Positions 35,216 through 48,385 of a DNA stretch of 64,000 bases are shown here, piece by piece. The position numbers were made by a program, and so were the translations under genes. Below the pieces are notes generated by a model. It saw only the letters and a program-made list of their open reading frames with translations. It ran no database searches and was not told where the DNA came from. Numbering within the stretch: the first letter of the stretch is position 1; the number at the start of each line of letters is the position of its first letter. The DNA comes from Macrostomum lignano (lineage: Eukaryota): positions 158,065 to 222,064 of the forward strand of contig NIVC01001915.1 of assembly GCA_002269645.1 (NCBI GenBank). Direction: 5' to 3'.

Positions 35216-38200
35216 TTATAGGTCGGCGAACGGGTCAAAACCGGCGTTCGGATTCTTGCTGGCGGCTGGGGCGGCGGCTGGGGCGGCGGCTGGGGCGGCG
35301 GGCTGGAGAGGGTTGGCGACGAGGGGTTTTGTGGTGAACTCCGTTAGTTATGGCTGAGTTATCTGACAAGCGAGGACTCGAATTATATGTGGTAGCGACC
35401 CAGAATCATCCAAAACAAGCTGTTTTTTATAATGTGATTACGTAAAAATTAATGTCAGAAATATCTACAAATCTGTAGTCATATTGCCAAAGAAAATCAA
35501 CCACAGTAAATCAAAAAATGAGTCATTGGTTGATGCAGAAAATGAGTCACGTGAGTCATACTGATGCAGAAAGTGAAGCATGCTTATTGCAGAAAATGAG
35601 TCATACTGATGCAGAAAATGAGTCATGTGAGTCATATACTGATGCAGAAAATGAGTCATACTGATGCAGAAAATGAGTCATGTGAGTCATATACTGATGC
35701 AGAAAATGAGACATACTGATGTAGAAAATGAGTCAGACTGATGTAGAAAATGAGTCAGACTGATGCAGAAAATGAGTCAGACTGATGCAGAAAATGAGTC
35801 ATACTGATGCAGAAAGTGAGGCATGCCAATTGCAGAAAATGAGACATACTGATGCAGAAAATGAGTCACGTGAGTCATAATGATGAAGAAAATGAGTCAT
35901 ACTGATTGCCGAAAATGAGTCATACTGATGCAGAAAATGAGTCATACTGATTGCCGAAATTGAGTCATACTGATGCAGAAAATGAGTCACGTGAGTCATA
36001 ATGATGAAGAAAATGAGTCATACTGATTGCCGAAAATGAGTCATACTGATGCAGAAAATGAGTCATACTGATTGCCGAAAATGAGTCATACTGATGCAGA
36101 AAATGAGTCATACTGATGCAGAAAATGAGTCATATTGACCTAAAAATGAGTAAGACGTACCCAAAAAGATCCAGATTGACTCAGCAGATAGGTCAGGACG
36201 CAAAAGAAAAGGACACGGTACACTAATATATTAGACAATGATAAGACACATCTGCTTAACACACCTGAGCAGTGGAGTTGCCACTGGCGGCCGCAGGCCC
36301 GGGCTTAGCAGCGGCAGACTGCTTCACAGTTAGACTGGTGGCCAGACTGGCCAGACTGGCGTCCAAGTCGGAGGTCAGGCCGCCCAGACTGGCGAACGGA
36401 TCGAAGCCGCCACCAGCTGTGGCCGAGGCTGCAATATTTAGAAATTGCGGCGCATTTTTAGGAAATAAAATCGTAAATATTACACGTAAATTGATTTCAA
36501 CTGCACTTCTTATAAGTAGTACGTGTAGAAGTATATGCTGCACAAAAGCGCAGTTTTAGAAGCGCTGATAATAAATTGCTGTTTTTGGCAGGTGCTTAGG
36601 GGAGGGGTTGGGCAGGTGCTTTGGGGAGGGGTTGGGCAGGTGCTTAGGGGAGGGGTTGGGCAGGTGCTTTGGGGAGGGTTGGGCAGGTGCTTAGGGGAGG
36701 GGTTGGGCAGGTGCTTTGGGGAGGGTTGGGCAGGTGCTTAGGGGAGGGGTTGGGCAGGTGCTTAGGGGAGGGGTTGGGCAGGTGCTTTGGGGAGGGGTTG
36801 GGCAGGTGCTTTGGGGAGGGGTTGGGCAGGTGCTTAGGGGAGGGGTTGGGCAGGTGCTTTGGGGAGGGGTTGGGCAGGTGCTTAGGGGAGGGGTTGGGCA
36901 GGTGCTTAGGGGAGGGGTTGGGCAGGTGCTTAGGGGAGGGGTTGGGCAGGTGCTTAGGGGAGGGGTTGGGCAGGTGCTTTGGGGAGGGGTTGGGCAGGTG
37001 CTTAGGGGAGGGGTTGGGCAGGTGCTTTGGGGAGGGGTTGGGCAGGTGCTTAGGGGAGGGGTTGAACAGGTGCTTAGGGTTGGGCAGGTGCTTAGGGGAG
37101 GGGTTGGGCAGGTGCTTTGGGGAGGGGTTGGGCAGGTGCTTTGGGGAGGGGTTGGGCAGGTGCTTAGGGAGGGGTTGGGCAGGTGCTTAGGGGGAGGGGT
37201 TGGGCAGGTGCTTTGGGGAGGGGTTGGGCAGGTGCTTTGGGGAGGGGTTGGGCAGGTGCTTAGGGGAGGGGTTGGGCAGGTGCTTAGGGGGAGGGGTTGG
37301 GCAGGTGCTCAGGGGAGGGTATGCAGGAGACTGTAAAAAACGACAGTACAGATTAGTTTAAGCCACGGAAAAGTGAGCTGGCATTAACAATAGATTGTCG
37401 ACACGAGAAAAATGGCAAAAGCCTTTAAGGGCTCAAATCTCAGCGCTTCGAACGATGAAAAGCGATGGGGTTAGGGATTGGGATTTCGGAAATCCAAGTA
37501 AAAATCTGTGCGCGTGATCAATGAGAAGCAAAGCCAGCTGAAACTTTACACTACCGCCTTGTTCGGCTTTCTGAATGAAATGAAAAACAGAACAGCGATT
37601 TGACACTCAGCTCTAAGAGTTGCTAGCCAAATTAGGCCAGGAGGCTGAGTGCAAAGGTACCGGGATCGGATTTTGACGCAAATCCACTGCTCGTTAAGTA
37701 CGAGCCTTTAAGAGCGGAGCTGCTGCTGAATACAGAGAGAAAAAGCAAAAAAGCAAGCCGGGATTCATGAAACACCCCACAGCTACTCATGAAACACCCC
37801 ACAGCTACTCATGAAACACCCTACAGCTACTCATGAAACATCCCACAGCTACTCATGAAACACCCCACAGCTACTCATGAAACACCCCACAGCTACTCAT
37901 GAAACACCCTATAGCTACTCATGAAACACCCTACAGCTACTCATGAAACACCCCACAGCTACTCATGAAACACCCTACAGCTACTCATGAAACACCCCAC
38001 AGCTACTCATGAAACACCCCACAGCTACTCATGAAACACCCCACAGCTACTCATGAAACACCCCACAGCTACTCATGAAACACCCCACAGCTACTCATGA
38101 AACACCCCACAGCTACTCATGAAACACCCCACAGCTACTCATGAAACACCCTATAGCTACTCATGAAACACCCTACAGCTACTCATGAAACACCCCACAG

Positions 38201-41200
38201 CTACTCATGAAACACCCTACAGCTACTCATGAAACACCCCACAGCTACTCATGAAACACCCCACAGCTACTCATGAAACACCCCACAGCTACTCATGAAA
38301 CACCCTACAGCTACTCATGAAACACCCCACAGCTACTCATGAAACACCCCACAGCTACTCATGAAACACCCCACAGCTACTCATGAAACACCCCACAGCT
38401 ACTCATGAAACACCCTAAAGCTACTCATGAAACACCCTACAACTACTCATGAAACACCCCACAGCTACTCATGAAACACCCTACAGCTACTCATGAAACA
38501 CCCCACAGCTACTCATGAAACACCCCACAGCTACTCATGAAACACCCCACAGCTACTCATGAAACACCCTACAGCTACTCATGAAACACCCCACAGCTAC
38601 TCATGAAACACTAATTACCACAGTATTCTGTGCTATTTACTACTCAGGACACACACAGGAAGCAGTGGCAATGACAGCGAAGGGGATAAATGGCGGTCTG
38701 GGTTAAACAAAAGCACAACAGGGCAAATTATATGTTAATAAAGGTGAGCAAACGGGTGCGGAAACAGGTAACTCCACGCCGGAAATGAGGTCTCCTGTTT
38801 GAGCATACTAAAACACAAGCCGATAGCGAACTGCTATACTTTAATTAACTTTACCCCCAGCAGCTGCTGGTTTCTGCTGCTGCTGCTGCTGAGCAGCATT
38901 ATTCGAAGCGGCAGTCTGGCTGACCATAAACTCGGCAAGAATGTCTGCAAAAACAGGCAGTCAACAACATATTGGCGAGAGACCGATCAGGTCAATATTA
39001 TTCTTACTATCAGTAGACTACAAAGTGACAATCTAAAGCACAAAAAAAGTAAAGAAGGAATCTAATACGGCCACAAATAACTGAAAGCTTATAAATATAT
39101 GCGATTATAGGAATGTTTATTAATACCATCCGTCACACTGACCGTTTCCTCCGGCTGGCTGTTGGACGGCGGGGGCGGCGGCGGCCTCTGCGACTGGCTC
39201 CGACTGAGGCGGCGACTGCTGCTGCTGCTGCTGCTGCTGAGAACCACCTGAAAGTTGCAGCAAATTAATAAGTGAGAAGTTAATTGAATCGTGATAGTGG
39301 GCCTTGGTCTGGCGCGGCGCTCTGATGTGCCTGCGGCCCAGGCTCGATTCCCAGTGCAGTCACGTTCATTTAGGGCTAAATTGGAATCTCGGCTTGGCTC
39401 TGCTCGTGCAATTAACGCTATTGAGGGCCAACCCCCAAGGCACAGTGAAGTGTACCTGCCTAACGATAAATAAAGTTAGGGCCGCTGTACACTCCTGTGT
39501 GAGTGTGTGCCTGTGTGTATGACTCCGTACGTATCCGCGCGCTTGTGTGCCTGCTCTTATCCCATCTTGTGTGCCTGCTCTTGTGTGCCTGCTCTTATCC
39601 CATCTTATCCCGCTTGTGTGCTTCTTACCCCATCATGTACAATTCTTATCCCATCATGTACAATTCTTATCCCATCCTGTACAATTCGTATCCCATCCTG
39701 TACAATTCTTATCCCATCCTGTACAATTCTTATCCCATCCTGTACAATTCTTATCCAATCCTGTACAATTCTTATCCCATCCTGTACAATTCTTATCCCA
39801 TCCTGTACAATTCTTATCCCATCCTGTAAAATTCTTATCCCATCCTGTACAATTCTTATCCCATCCTGTACAATTATTATTCCATCCTGTACAATTCTTA
39901 TCCCATCCTGTACAATTCTTATCCAATCCTGTACAATTCTTATCCCATCCTGTACAATTCTTATCCCATCCTGTACAATTCTTATCCCATCCTGTAAAAT
40001 TCTTATCCCATCCTGTACTATTCTTATCCCATCCTGTACAATTCTTATCCCATCCTGTACAATTCTTATCCCATCCTGTACAATTCTTATCCCATCCTGT
40101 ACAATTCTTATCCCATCCTGTACAATTATTATTCCATCCTGTAGAATTTTCCATCCTGTACAATTTTTATCCCATCCTGTACAATTCTTATCCAATCCTG
40201 TACAATTATTATTCCATTCTGTACAATTATTATTCCATCCTGTACAATTCTTATCCCATCCTGTACAATTATTATTCCATCCTGTACAATTATTATTCCA
40301 TCCTGTACAATTCTTATCCCATCCTGTACAATTCTTATCCCATCCTGTACAATTATTATTCCATCCTGTACAATTATTATTCCATCCTGTACAATTCTTA
40401 TCCCATCCTGTACAATTCTTATCCAATCCTGTACAATTATTATTCCAACCTGTACAATTCTTATCCAATCGTGTACAATTCTTATCCCATCCTGTACAAT
40501 TCTTATCCAATCCTGTACAATTTTTATCCAATCCTGTACAATTCTTATCTCATCCGGATCCAACGGCACTCACCGCCAGCGGCTCCAATTTTCGGCGGCT
40601 CCGGCTTCGGCGGCCTTGACGGTCCCGGAGGTCGGGGCGGCGGCGGCCCGGCGGGCGGCCCGTCAGCAGGCGACGAGGCCGGCCTAGCGGGCGGCTGCCT
40701 GGAGGCGGCAGCGGCGGCCGGCGGGGCCTCCTGGACTGGCGGCTCCGGCTCGCGGGGCGGCGGCTCATAGGTGCGACCCTCCAGCTGGGCCAGGTGGGTC
40801 TCCATAGCGTCCAGGAAAGACACCGGGTGCTTCTGCAGTCTGGTAATGTCCGATTTGTCAACGCCGACGCATTCGGCCACTTTGTTGAATTCGTTGAGCA
40901 GATCACTGCGCACAAGAAATTTCTTGTAGATTTCCAAAGCCTCTCGACACTGCTTCTTGCTTGTGGTGCTGAAGAACTTGGTTAGCAGGTTAATGATGCC
41001 GTCATTGAATACCACAAACAGGCGAGTGGCGTCACGGTACAGGATGAGGCAAGCTGCGCTAATAACTCCGTTGGTGACGTCCTTTGGAGTGACTTCGAAG
41101 GCTAGCAGCGAGTCGAATTGATTGATGAGCACCTCAAGTGATTTGATGCTCTTCTCCACAGTCAGGGTTCTGAGTAGGCTGTCGTCTGTGCCGCGCTTCA

Positions 41201-44200
41201 CCTGCGGCAGGGTGGGTCAATTGGTAGACATGATTAGTTTATAAGTAGATCTGTAGCTAATTCAGGTAGATTAGTAGCTAATTCAGATAGATGAGTAGCT
41301 AATTCAGGTAGGTTAGTAGCTAATTCAGGTAGATTAGTAGCTAATTCAGGTAGATTAGTAGCTAATTCAGGTAGATTAGTAGCTAATTCAGATAGATGAG
41401 TAGCTAATTCAGATAGATTAGTAGCTAATTAAGGTAGATCGGTAGGTAGATCTGAAGCTAATTCAGGTAGATCTGTAGCTAACTCAGGAAGATTAGTAGC
41501 TAATTCAGGTAGATCTGTGGCTAATTCAGGTAGATCGGTAGATAGATTTGTAGCTAATTCAGGTAGATCGGTAGGTACATCTGTGGCTAATCCAGGTAGA
41601 TCGGCAGTAGGTTTGTAGCTAATTCAGGTAGATCTGTGGCTAATTCAGGTAGATCTGTAGCTAATTCAGGTAGATCTGTAGCTAATTCAGGCAGATTAGT
41701 AGCTAATTAAGGTAGATTAGTAGCTAATTCAGGTAGATCGGTAGGCAGATCTGTGGCTAATTCAGGTAGATCGGTAGGCAGATCTGTGGCTAATTCAGGT
41801 AGATCGGTAGGCAGATCTGTGGCTAATTCAGGTAGATCGGTAGGCAGATCTGTGGCTAATTCAGGTAGATCGGTAGGCAGATCTGTGGCTAATTCAGGTA
41901 GATCGGTAGGCAGATCTGTGGCTAATTCAGATAGATCGGTAGGCAGATCTGTGGCTAATTCAGGTAGATCGGTAGGCAGATCTGTGGCTAATTCAGGTAG
42001 ATCGGTAGGCAGATCTGTGGCTAATTCAGGTAGATCGGTAGGCAGATCTGTGGCTAATTAAGGTAGATCGATAGGCAGATCTGTGGCTAATTCAGGTAGA
42101 TCGGTAGGTAGACCTGTAGCTAATTCAGGCAGATGCCCAAGCTCTGCAGCCTAGACAGATTTTTTACTGCGAACCCAAACACAAATTTAAACCCACTCAG
42201 CCTTTAGAGAGCAAACCTTGCAAAAGTCGAACGCCATCAGGCGGTAGGCGGTGGCCTTCTCCTGGATGTAGGCGCTGTAGCGGACAATAAATCTCGACAT
42301 CTCGGCAGCCTGAGGCGTGGTCCGGTCCGAGTAGTTCGGTGATGATATGGCGCAGTTATTGGAGGCCAGGTACTGGGCGAATCTCTCGTTGCCGTGGTTC
42401 ATTAAATTGTGCAGAGTAATCAACGATTTGAATACTACAACCCAGTTGGGATGCTTCAGACGATCCAGCAGCTCGTTGGCGAGCTCCGGGATGCTGACGT
42501 TGCTCTCATTAGTGCACTCGATTAGGTCTGGTCGAAATTTGTACAAAGATAAGTTTAAGATTTGGCTGATTTGCCATTGTTTGTGTAACTTGCATAAATC
42601 TTATGAGGCATGCCTCTGTCTCCTATAAGTAAATATATTTGTTTAAAGTATACAAATGATTGAAAATAAATGTATTTACTAGTGTTGGTTATTAATTATA
42701 GGCTATTATAAGGCTTTAGGTGGCACAAAACTGCCAAAGCACAGAGGTAAAATGGAATTCCAATCCCAATCCTGCTTAATCCAAAAATTTGCTTGTATGA
42801 TCCTGTCCAACTTGCACTAAGGTGATATTACTATTTACCATTGGGGAAATGCAAAAAGAACACACCATTATTCTTCAAGACAATTAACTCAGTTGATGTT
42901 CTTATGTCTTATAGGAGACATTGTCATAAAAGCAGGGCTCTAAGGCATTATAGATGTTATATTGCAGCCAAGCAACTATGGGGTATTTTTATAAGCAGAT
43001 ATTTAGTAGAAAATAATGCTAACATAGCTTTGTACAATGTGGGAAGAAAAGAAAATAAATGAGAAGATAGAAAGAAAAGCTGTCAATGATATAAAAACAT
43101 TATAAACATAGATTTAGAGGTATATTGGATATTTGATCCAACTAAAAACCTAATTTTTCAGATTAATATAATAAAATTATACATATCATACATTCTAGTA
43201 GTTATACAATAAATATATAATCTAAAACAATCATTATTAGGCGTACGCTATTAAGCATAGGGAAAATATAATGATCCTATGATATATTAATATATAACTT
43301 AATTCTTTTTACTAAATTTACTTTAAGCAAATGTAGAATAAATTGAACTAATTTGAAAGGTTTCAAATATAGATTTTTATTTAAGATTAGGTGCTTGATG
43401 CATTCAATGTATAATTTTTTTAGCACAATTAGAATAAAATGCATAATTCTTTGTTAATCTAACTCATAAATGTGCAACCCCCCTGATTTACACTGGCCAA
43501 GGGACTTACTTTTTAACAAAAATATGACTTACCTATTAAAGAAACATTAAAGAAAAAATTATTGCAATTTTGGATAAATAGCAAGAATAACTATCTTATA
43601 AAGCTAAATGCCTTATCATCTAATTAGTACTATTTCTGTATTCTTTTAGATGGGCATTTTTGTGACTTATATTGGCTGGGTTGGCTAGGTGTTATATATA
43701 TAATAGATTACATATAGATCATATAAAAACTTGCAGAAAATGTATATTCATTGTCCCCCAAAAAATTATTCTAGCAAATGATATAATATATATTATTTTC
43801 CTGATTATGGATTACCCTTTGTCCTTTTATGGTCTTGGCTTAAAAAGCTAATTCTTCTCTAAGTTTCCTATTGTCTCTATTATGTTTCCCTTCTTTCATT
43901 TATCTTTTTATCGTGCCTCATGATCATATTCTAATATAGTATTAAAAAACTTATTCTTCAAACTAAGATTGCTTAGTCTAACCTTAAAAGTAAGATTTTG
44001 TATTGTTTTACTAATATTAATAAAGGCAGTGTTTATACATATAGTACAATAAGAATAATTTCTGTCATTCCTATAGTACCATGGGAATAATTTGTCTTAC
44101 CTACATAGCACACTGACAATATAGCTATATTATGTTCCTAAAGATACCATAAGGAATAATTAATGTTTTATCTGCATGGCACAATGACAAAATAAGTCTA

Positions 44201-46698
44201 GCTTTTTTTCTTACAGATACCATAAAAGTAATTTATATTTTGTTATTTACAGTTTAATTGCAGTATAAAAACATAACTTCCCTTGAATATTTGTTTTATA
44301 GAAGTAAAAAAATAATAGACATATAGAACATAGGTGGCTATCTTGCCAGTATACTATATGGATAAGCAGAAAATTATTCACATGGTCCACAGTTTGGAAG
44401 GCAACATGTACACTAGGATTTATCAATATACAACACTACTTGCCATTTTTAGCATACATCAGCATATATCTAATATACATGACAAAGTAGAAAATTTTTG
44501 GCTTAAATAAAGTGACTTTTATACATAAGATACACTATATACAATACTGCCAATACCAAAACAACTAGAATAAAAAAAGCTCAAACTTTGTGCCTTAAAA
44601 ACTTATTTTATGAACTTTTTGTAAATAAAAAGTAGTGAAAGTATTTCTTTTATTATTGTTTTTTTTTCTCAGTGAACATTGCAAAAGTGCATCATTTTTA
44701 AGTTTGTTGCTCAAATTGCTGTGAATAATAAAGGCTATCCTGCATTTTCGTTCGTTAAATTATTTTTTCATTTTTTTCAGCCACACTGCACATCCACATG
44801 GCGGGTCGTCTAGCTGCTCCCACTACTATCATCCCACCAGCTGAGATAAGGCCTACTGCGGAACTATGCGACCTGCCGCTCATAAGGATGTGGGACTTGG
44901 CTCTTTTGACCACTGACACACCGTCTCTGATGCGCTGGCTGGCCAAATACTGGCTGCTGTCAAACGAGCGTCGGTGCCATTGCCCTGCTGCACCTCAAAT
45001 GCGCCTTCAGCATCGTCAGGGTGACCGGTATGTGGATGGCTGGGCTTGGGCTTGCAAGGAGTGTCACGGCCAGGAGTCCATAAGGAAGGGCTTCTTTTTC
45101 GAGAGAAGCCACCTAGCGCTTAACCAACTGGTGGACTTTGTGTACTGGTGGGCACTGAAGACACCACTGAAGGACATCATGCTGCAGTGTGACATCCAGC
45201 AGCCGCATACCAGTGTCGACTGGGCCAACTTCTGCCGCGATGTGTGTGCCCAGGTACTCATTGACCACCCAATGCAGCTTGGTGGCCCGAACATTGAAGT
45301 GGAGGTGGACAAGAGCAAATTCTTCCACCGCAAGTACCATGTCGGCAACTATCGTGAGGGCCACTGGGTGCTTGGAATGGTAGAGCGTGGCAGTAACAAA
45401 TGCATGATGGTGGTGGTTGAGAATCGACGTGCCGAAACACTGCTGCCTATTCTGCAGCAGTACATCCTGCCCAGTTCCCGAGTCATCACTGATGGATGGC
45501 AGTCGTACAATGGCCTTGCTGCCATGGGCTTCAACCATGCGAGTGTCAACCATCGACTCAATTTCGTGGACCCACAGGACCCGACAGTGCACACCAACAC
45601 AATCGAGGGCAGCTGGGCGCACTGCAAGGCCAAGCTGCATCAGGGGCACGGTACCAGCAATGGGCTCTTCAAGTTGCACCTGCAGGAGTTCCTGTGGCGC
45701 CGGCTCTACCCAAATGAGCATCATTTCGGCAACTTTCTGTACTGGGTGACCCATTACTACCCACTGTAATCCGGAGACTAATGTTTAAACTGACTTGACT
45801 ATAACAAACTTTCTTAAACTTTTCGGGTGTTCTGTATGTCCCATAATATTTTTTATTGCCTGTGCTGAACTTGTGAGATCATGTAAAATTAATTCCACGT
45901 GAAAAAATAATTTAACGAACGAAAATGCAGGATAGCCATAATAAATAATGAATTTATTTGAAATGGAGCAAAATGAAAACGTTTTAGTCCTGGCATACAA
46001 ATAAGGTCCTGTATTTTTTCCCCTACTAGACCCCGTATACACAATCTAAACTACAGCCCACAGTACTGTAGGAATAAGACAAATTATTCCTATGGTACCT
46101 TGGGGATAAGCACTGCTAATAATTATATATAAGCCTAATAAAAACATTAACCTTTTAAAAATATATATATCAAAAGAAAAGTAGTTAAGCCTAGTTAAAA
46201 AATCAATAAGTCTAATATTTAGGACTTTGTGTTTGTATTCATTTAAAATAATAGACAGAGTATTGTTAATATCAATAGTCAATTATCATATATAGTGCAA
46301 AGTCTAGGCCTAACACCTAATCTTTTAACTTACATATATATAATACGTATGGAACCAGAAGTAAAAAATAATTAAAATATGAATAAAGTAGTGCATGACT
46401 ACTATGAAATACACTTTGGGCTAGGGAGCCAGCCTCAGCAAGGCAGTAGAATTAAGAAAGCTTAATAAGCCTCATAATAAAGAAATAAAATGATAGGCCT
46501 AACCATCTACATGTCAAAGACAAACAACTTACACTGTAAGTGTTTCTTCTTTGGGGCCGTGATTTCTTCTGTGGTTGCTTTGCAAACGGCTTTTGCAAGT
46601 CCTGATCCAGCAAGAGAGTGTTTTGCAGCAGTAACCCGATCCATAAGGCTTTGCCCGCTACCACTGCCAGCTAACTGCTTAACAACCTTCCCAGCCAT
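35216..46698 (-). CDS. PICALM: ANTH-domain clathrin assembly protein (PICALM/AP180/SNAP91 family); exons 46533-46698, 42217-42527, 40574-41201, 39143-39247, 38855-38944, 36265-36428, 35216-35302 (~516 aa)
   Basis: [41 protein letters not shown]|YLIECTNE...[22 protein letters not shown]...FDFCK|VKRG...[18 protein letters not shown]...NDGIINLL. Disordered tail with DIL and two FDPF motifs, ending FDPFADL*. Phases 1/0/1/1/1/0 are consistent; the small tail exons are less certain than the ANTH exons. Confidence 0.9.
35520..36140. repeat. 22-bp minisatellite (GCAGAAAATGAGTCATACTGAT)n with ATGAGTCAT palindrome
   Basis: PICALM last intron. Confidence 0.93.
36585..37320. repeat. 24-bp G-rich minisatellite (GGGCAGGTGCTTAGGGGAGGGGTT)n
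   Basis: ~30 units. Confidence 0.96.
37765..38612. repeat. 22-bp minisatellite (CATGAAACACCCCACAGCTACT)n
   Basis: ~38 units. Confidence 0.97.
39540..40550. repeat. 21-bp minisatellite (CCCATCCTGTACAATTCTTAT)n
   Basis: Ends ~25 bp from the donor at 40573. Confidence 0.96.
41225..42135. repeat. Compound 21-bp/33-bp minisatellite (GTAGCTAATTCAGGTAGATTA; GATCTGTGGCTAATTCAGGTAGATCGGTAGGCA)
   Basis: Fills PICALM intron 2. Confidence 0.95.
44076..46098 (+). mobile_element. Merlin-superfamily DNA transposon (~2 kb) in PICALM intron 1, antisense to host
   Basis: 24-bp inverted repeats at 44076-44099 and 46075-46098 (23/24 identical) flank the transposase ORF. No 8-9 bp TSD is visible, so the true ends are uncertain. 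Confidence 0.7.
44798..45769 (+). CDS. Merlin / IS1595 (ISXO2-like DDE) transposase, 323 aa, uninterrupted
   Basis: N-terminal C-x-C...C-x2-C zinc ribbon; SIRKG-x-FFE; [11 protein letters not shown](K)[31 protein letters not shown]-x2-VNH-x2-[23 protein letters not shown]. Confidence 0.92.
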   Translation: MAGRLAAPTTIIPPAEIRPTAELCDLPLIRMWDLALLTTDTPSLMRWLAKYWLLSNERRCHCPAAPQMRLQHRQGDRYVDGWAWACKECHGQESIRKGFFFERSHLALNQLVDFVYWWALKTPLKDIMLQCDIQQPHTSVDWANFCRDVCAQVLIDHPMQLGGPNIEVEVDKSKFFHRKYHVGNYREGHWVLGMVERGSNKCMMVVVENRRAETLLPILQQYILPSSRVITDGWQSYNGLAAMGFNHASVNHRLNFVDPQDPTVHTNTIEGSWAHCKAKLHQGHGTSNGLFKLHLQEFLWRRLYPNEHHFGNFLYWVTHYYPL

Positions 46699-48238
46699 TG
46701 AGAATGCCTAAAATTTACTTTATAAATTTCTAGGATATTAACACAGAGGCAAAACTGAATTAATTGATGTCTCTTCAGAGGATTTAACGTTTAGAACGTT
46801 TATTATAGGGTTCAACGTTTAAGCAGCACTAACAGTAAAGATGTTATCGATGATATATATATCTGCTGTTTTTACATTTAAATTTTATAAGAAGCCGCTC
46901 AATAAAATTAACAAATAATCTAAACACTAACCTTTATTTTGCAATTTAAATCTATTGTGGGGAAATTTTCAGTCTAAAAAGTACATGTAAATATATATTT
47001 TACAGCCTAAAAAGTAGTTCGTTTCGTACCATTACGAGTATTATTAGCGTATGTGCGTAAATTACTAAATTAAACACCCCTTTTGAGCGGATTACATAGA
47101 AAAGAAAATGTATAAATGACCCAATGAACGGCCGAACATTTAAATTTTTCCTTGAACTTATCAGTCGAAGGTAGTTAATGTGGGCTGTCACGTGCACTGT
47201 ACATGTGACCCTGTCAAGTACACGTGAAGACGGTGAAGTCTTACATAGGGAATCCTTTTAATTCAGTTGGTCGAAAAGTCCCACAAGACAGTAAATTAGT
47301 GAATAAATCCAGCTGATGGATACATCAAATTAAAGTTCGAGGAACAGAGTTGGTGGTACTCATGACTAGCGAAACTGAAATGCTAGAATTTGCGGTAGCA
47401 AATTCGCCCTTGCCCTTGAAGCCAAATGCGATACGACAGGTTCATTCCGTATTTTAAGTGACAATGTTATATTAGTTAAATGGAAAAGCGATCAAGATTG
47501 TGCCATTCCTTTCTGATACATGTATTTTGTAGTACATAATATTATCGTCCTTGCATACAACAAAGCGCGGCGTGTCGCATCGAATAGTTAAATAGTTTTT
47601 GCAATAGTAAAAAACTGTTAACTCGTACTATAAGTAAGATAATGCAACAGAAAGCGCCGGCAAAACTCACGGAGGAAAAAAAAACTTTCTAGTAAAAAAG
47701 GAAAACCAGTTTGACCAATTCTGCTATTGCAGATACAGCTATAATCGCCTACTAAAAAGTAACTAGAGGCCACAACGTTGATTTAACGCACTAAAAAGAT
47801 TAACAAAATAGACATACCATATTTATACCTTATTTATAATTCTACATCTTTTTTGGATGCTATACAATACAACACAAGAAAGCCAACAGAATTTCCAAAC
47901 TAGGAATCATATTCATTTCGGAGTGGAGTACAAGAATTACTTGTAGGGGGGGGGCGGGAACGGTAAAGTAAAATGACGATGGAGCTTCAGTCAGTTTCGA
48001 CTCGACGCCTTATAGTTGACAACGTGGTTGCAAATAATTATATTTACAATGCAGAAATTGGTCAAGGAAATTGATTTGAAACGCAACAATTTGCAAACCT
48101 AAAAACAAGTGGAACAACACTAAACAATGCAAAATTGTATGTTCTCAAAAAGTTCACATAGCTGTGATTGCTCATCTGTAGCTGGCGCTATCAAAATACA
48201 GTGCAATCAGCATACTTAATTGATTTTTTAAAGGAAAG

Positions 48239-48385
48239 AAACCTCAGGCCTCGCTCGGATCTGATTGGCTGGCAGCTGCCGTTATTGAGGCTTGAAAACA
48301 TTCAACATTTAATCGATATTTTCCTACCCTTTCAAGAACAACAACCTCACGCCTTGCTCGAATCTGATTGGCTGGCAGATGGCGG
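48239..48385. promoter_or_regulatory. Pair of ~42-bp direct repeats each carrying a CCAAT box (CTGATTGGCTG)
   Basis: AACCTCAGGCCTCGCTCGGATCTGATTGGCTGGCAG and AACCTCACGCCTTGCTCGAATCTGATTGGCTGGCAG, ~104 bp apart, ~1.6 kb upstream of the PICALM ATG. Promoter role is inferred. Confidence 0.45.

Noticed and set aside
42600-44060. Longer Merlin TIRs in the AT-rich flank
   Set aside because: I found no convincing inverted match to 46110-46500 by eye; a dot plot is needed.
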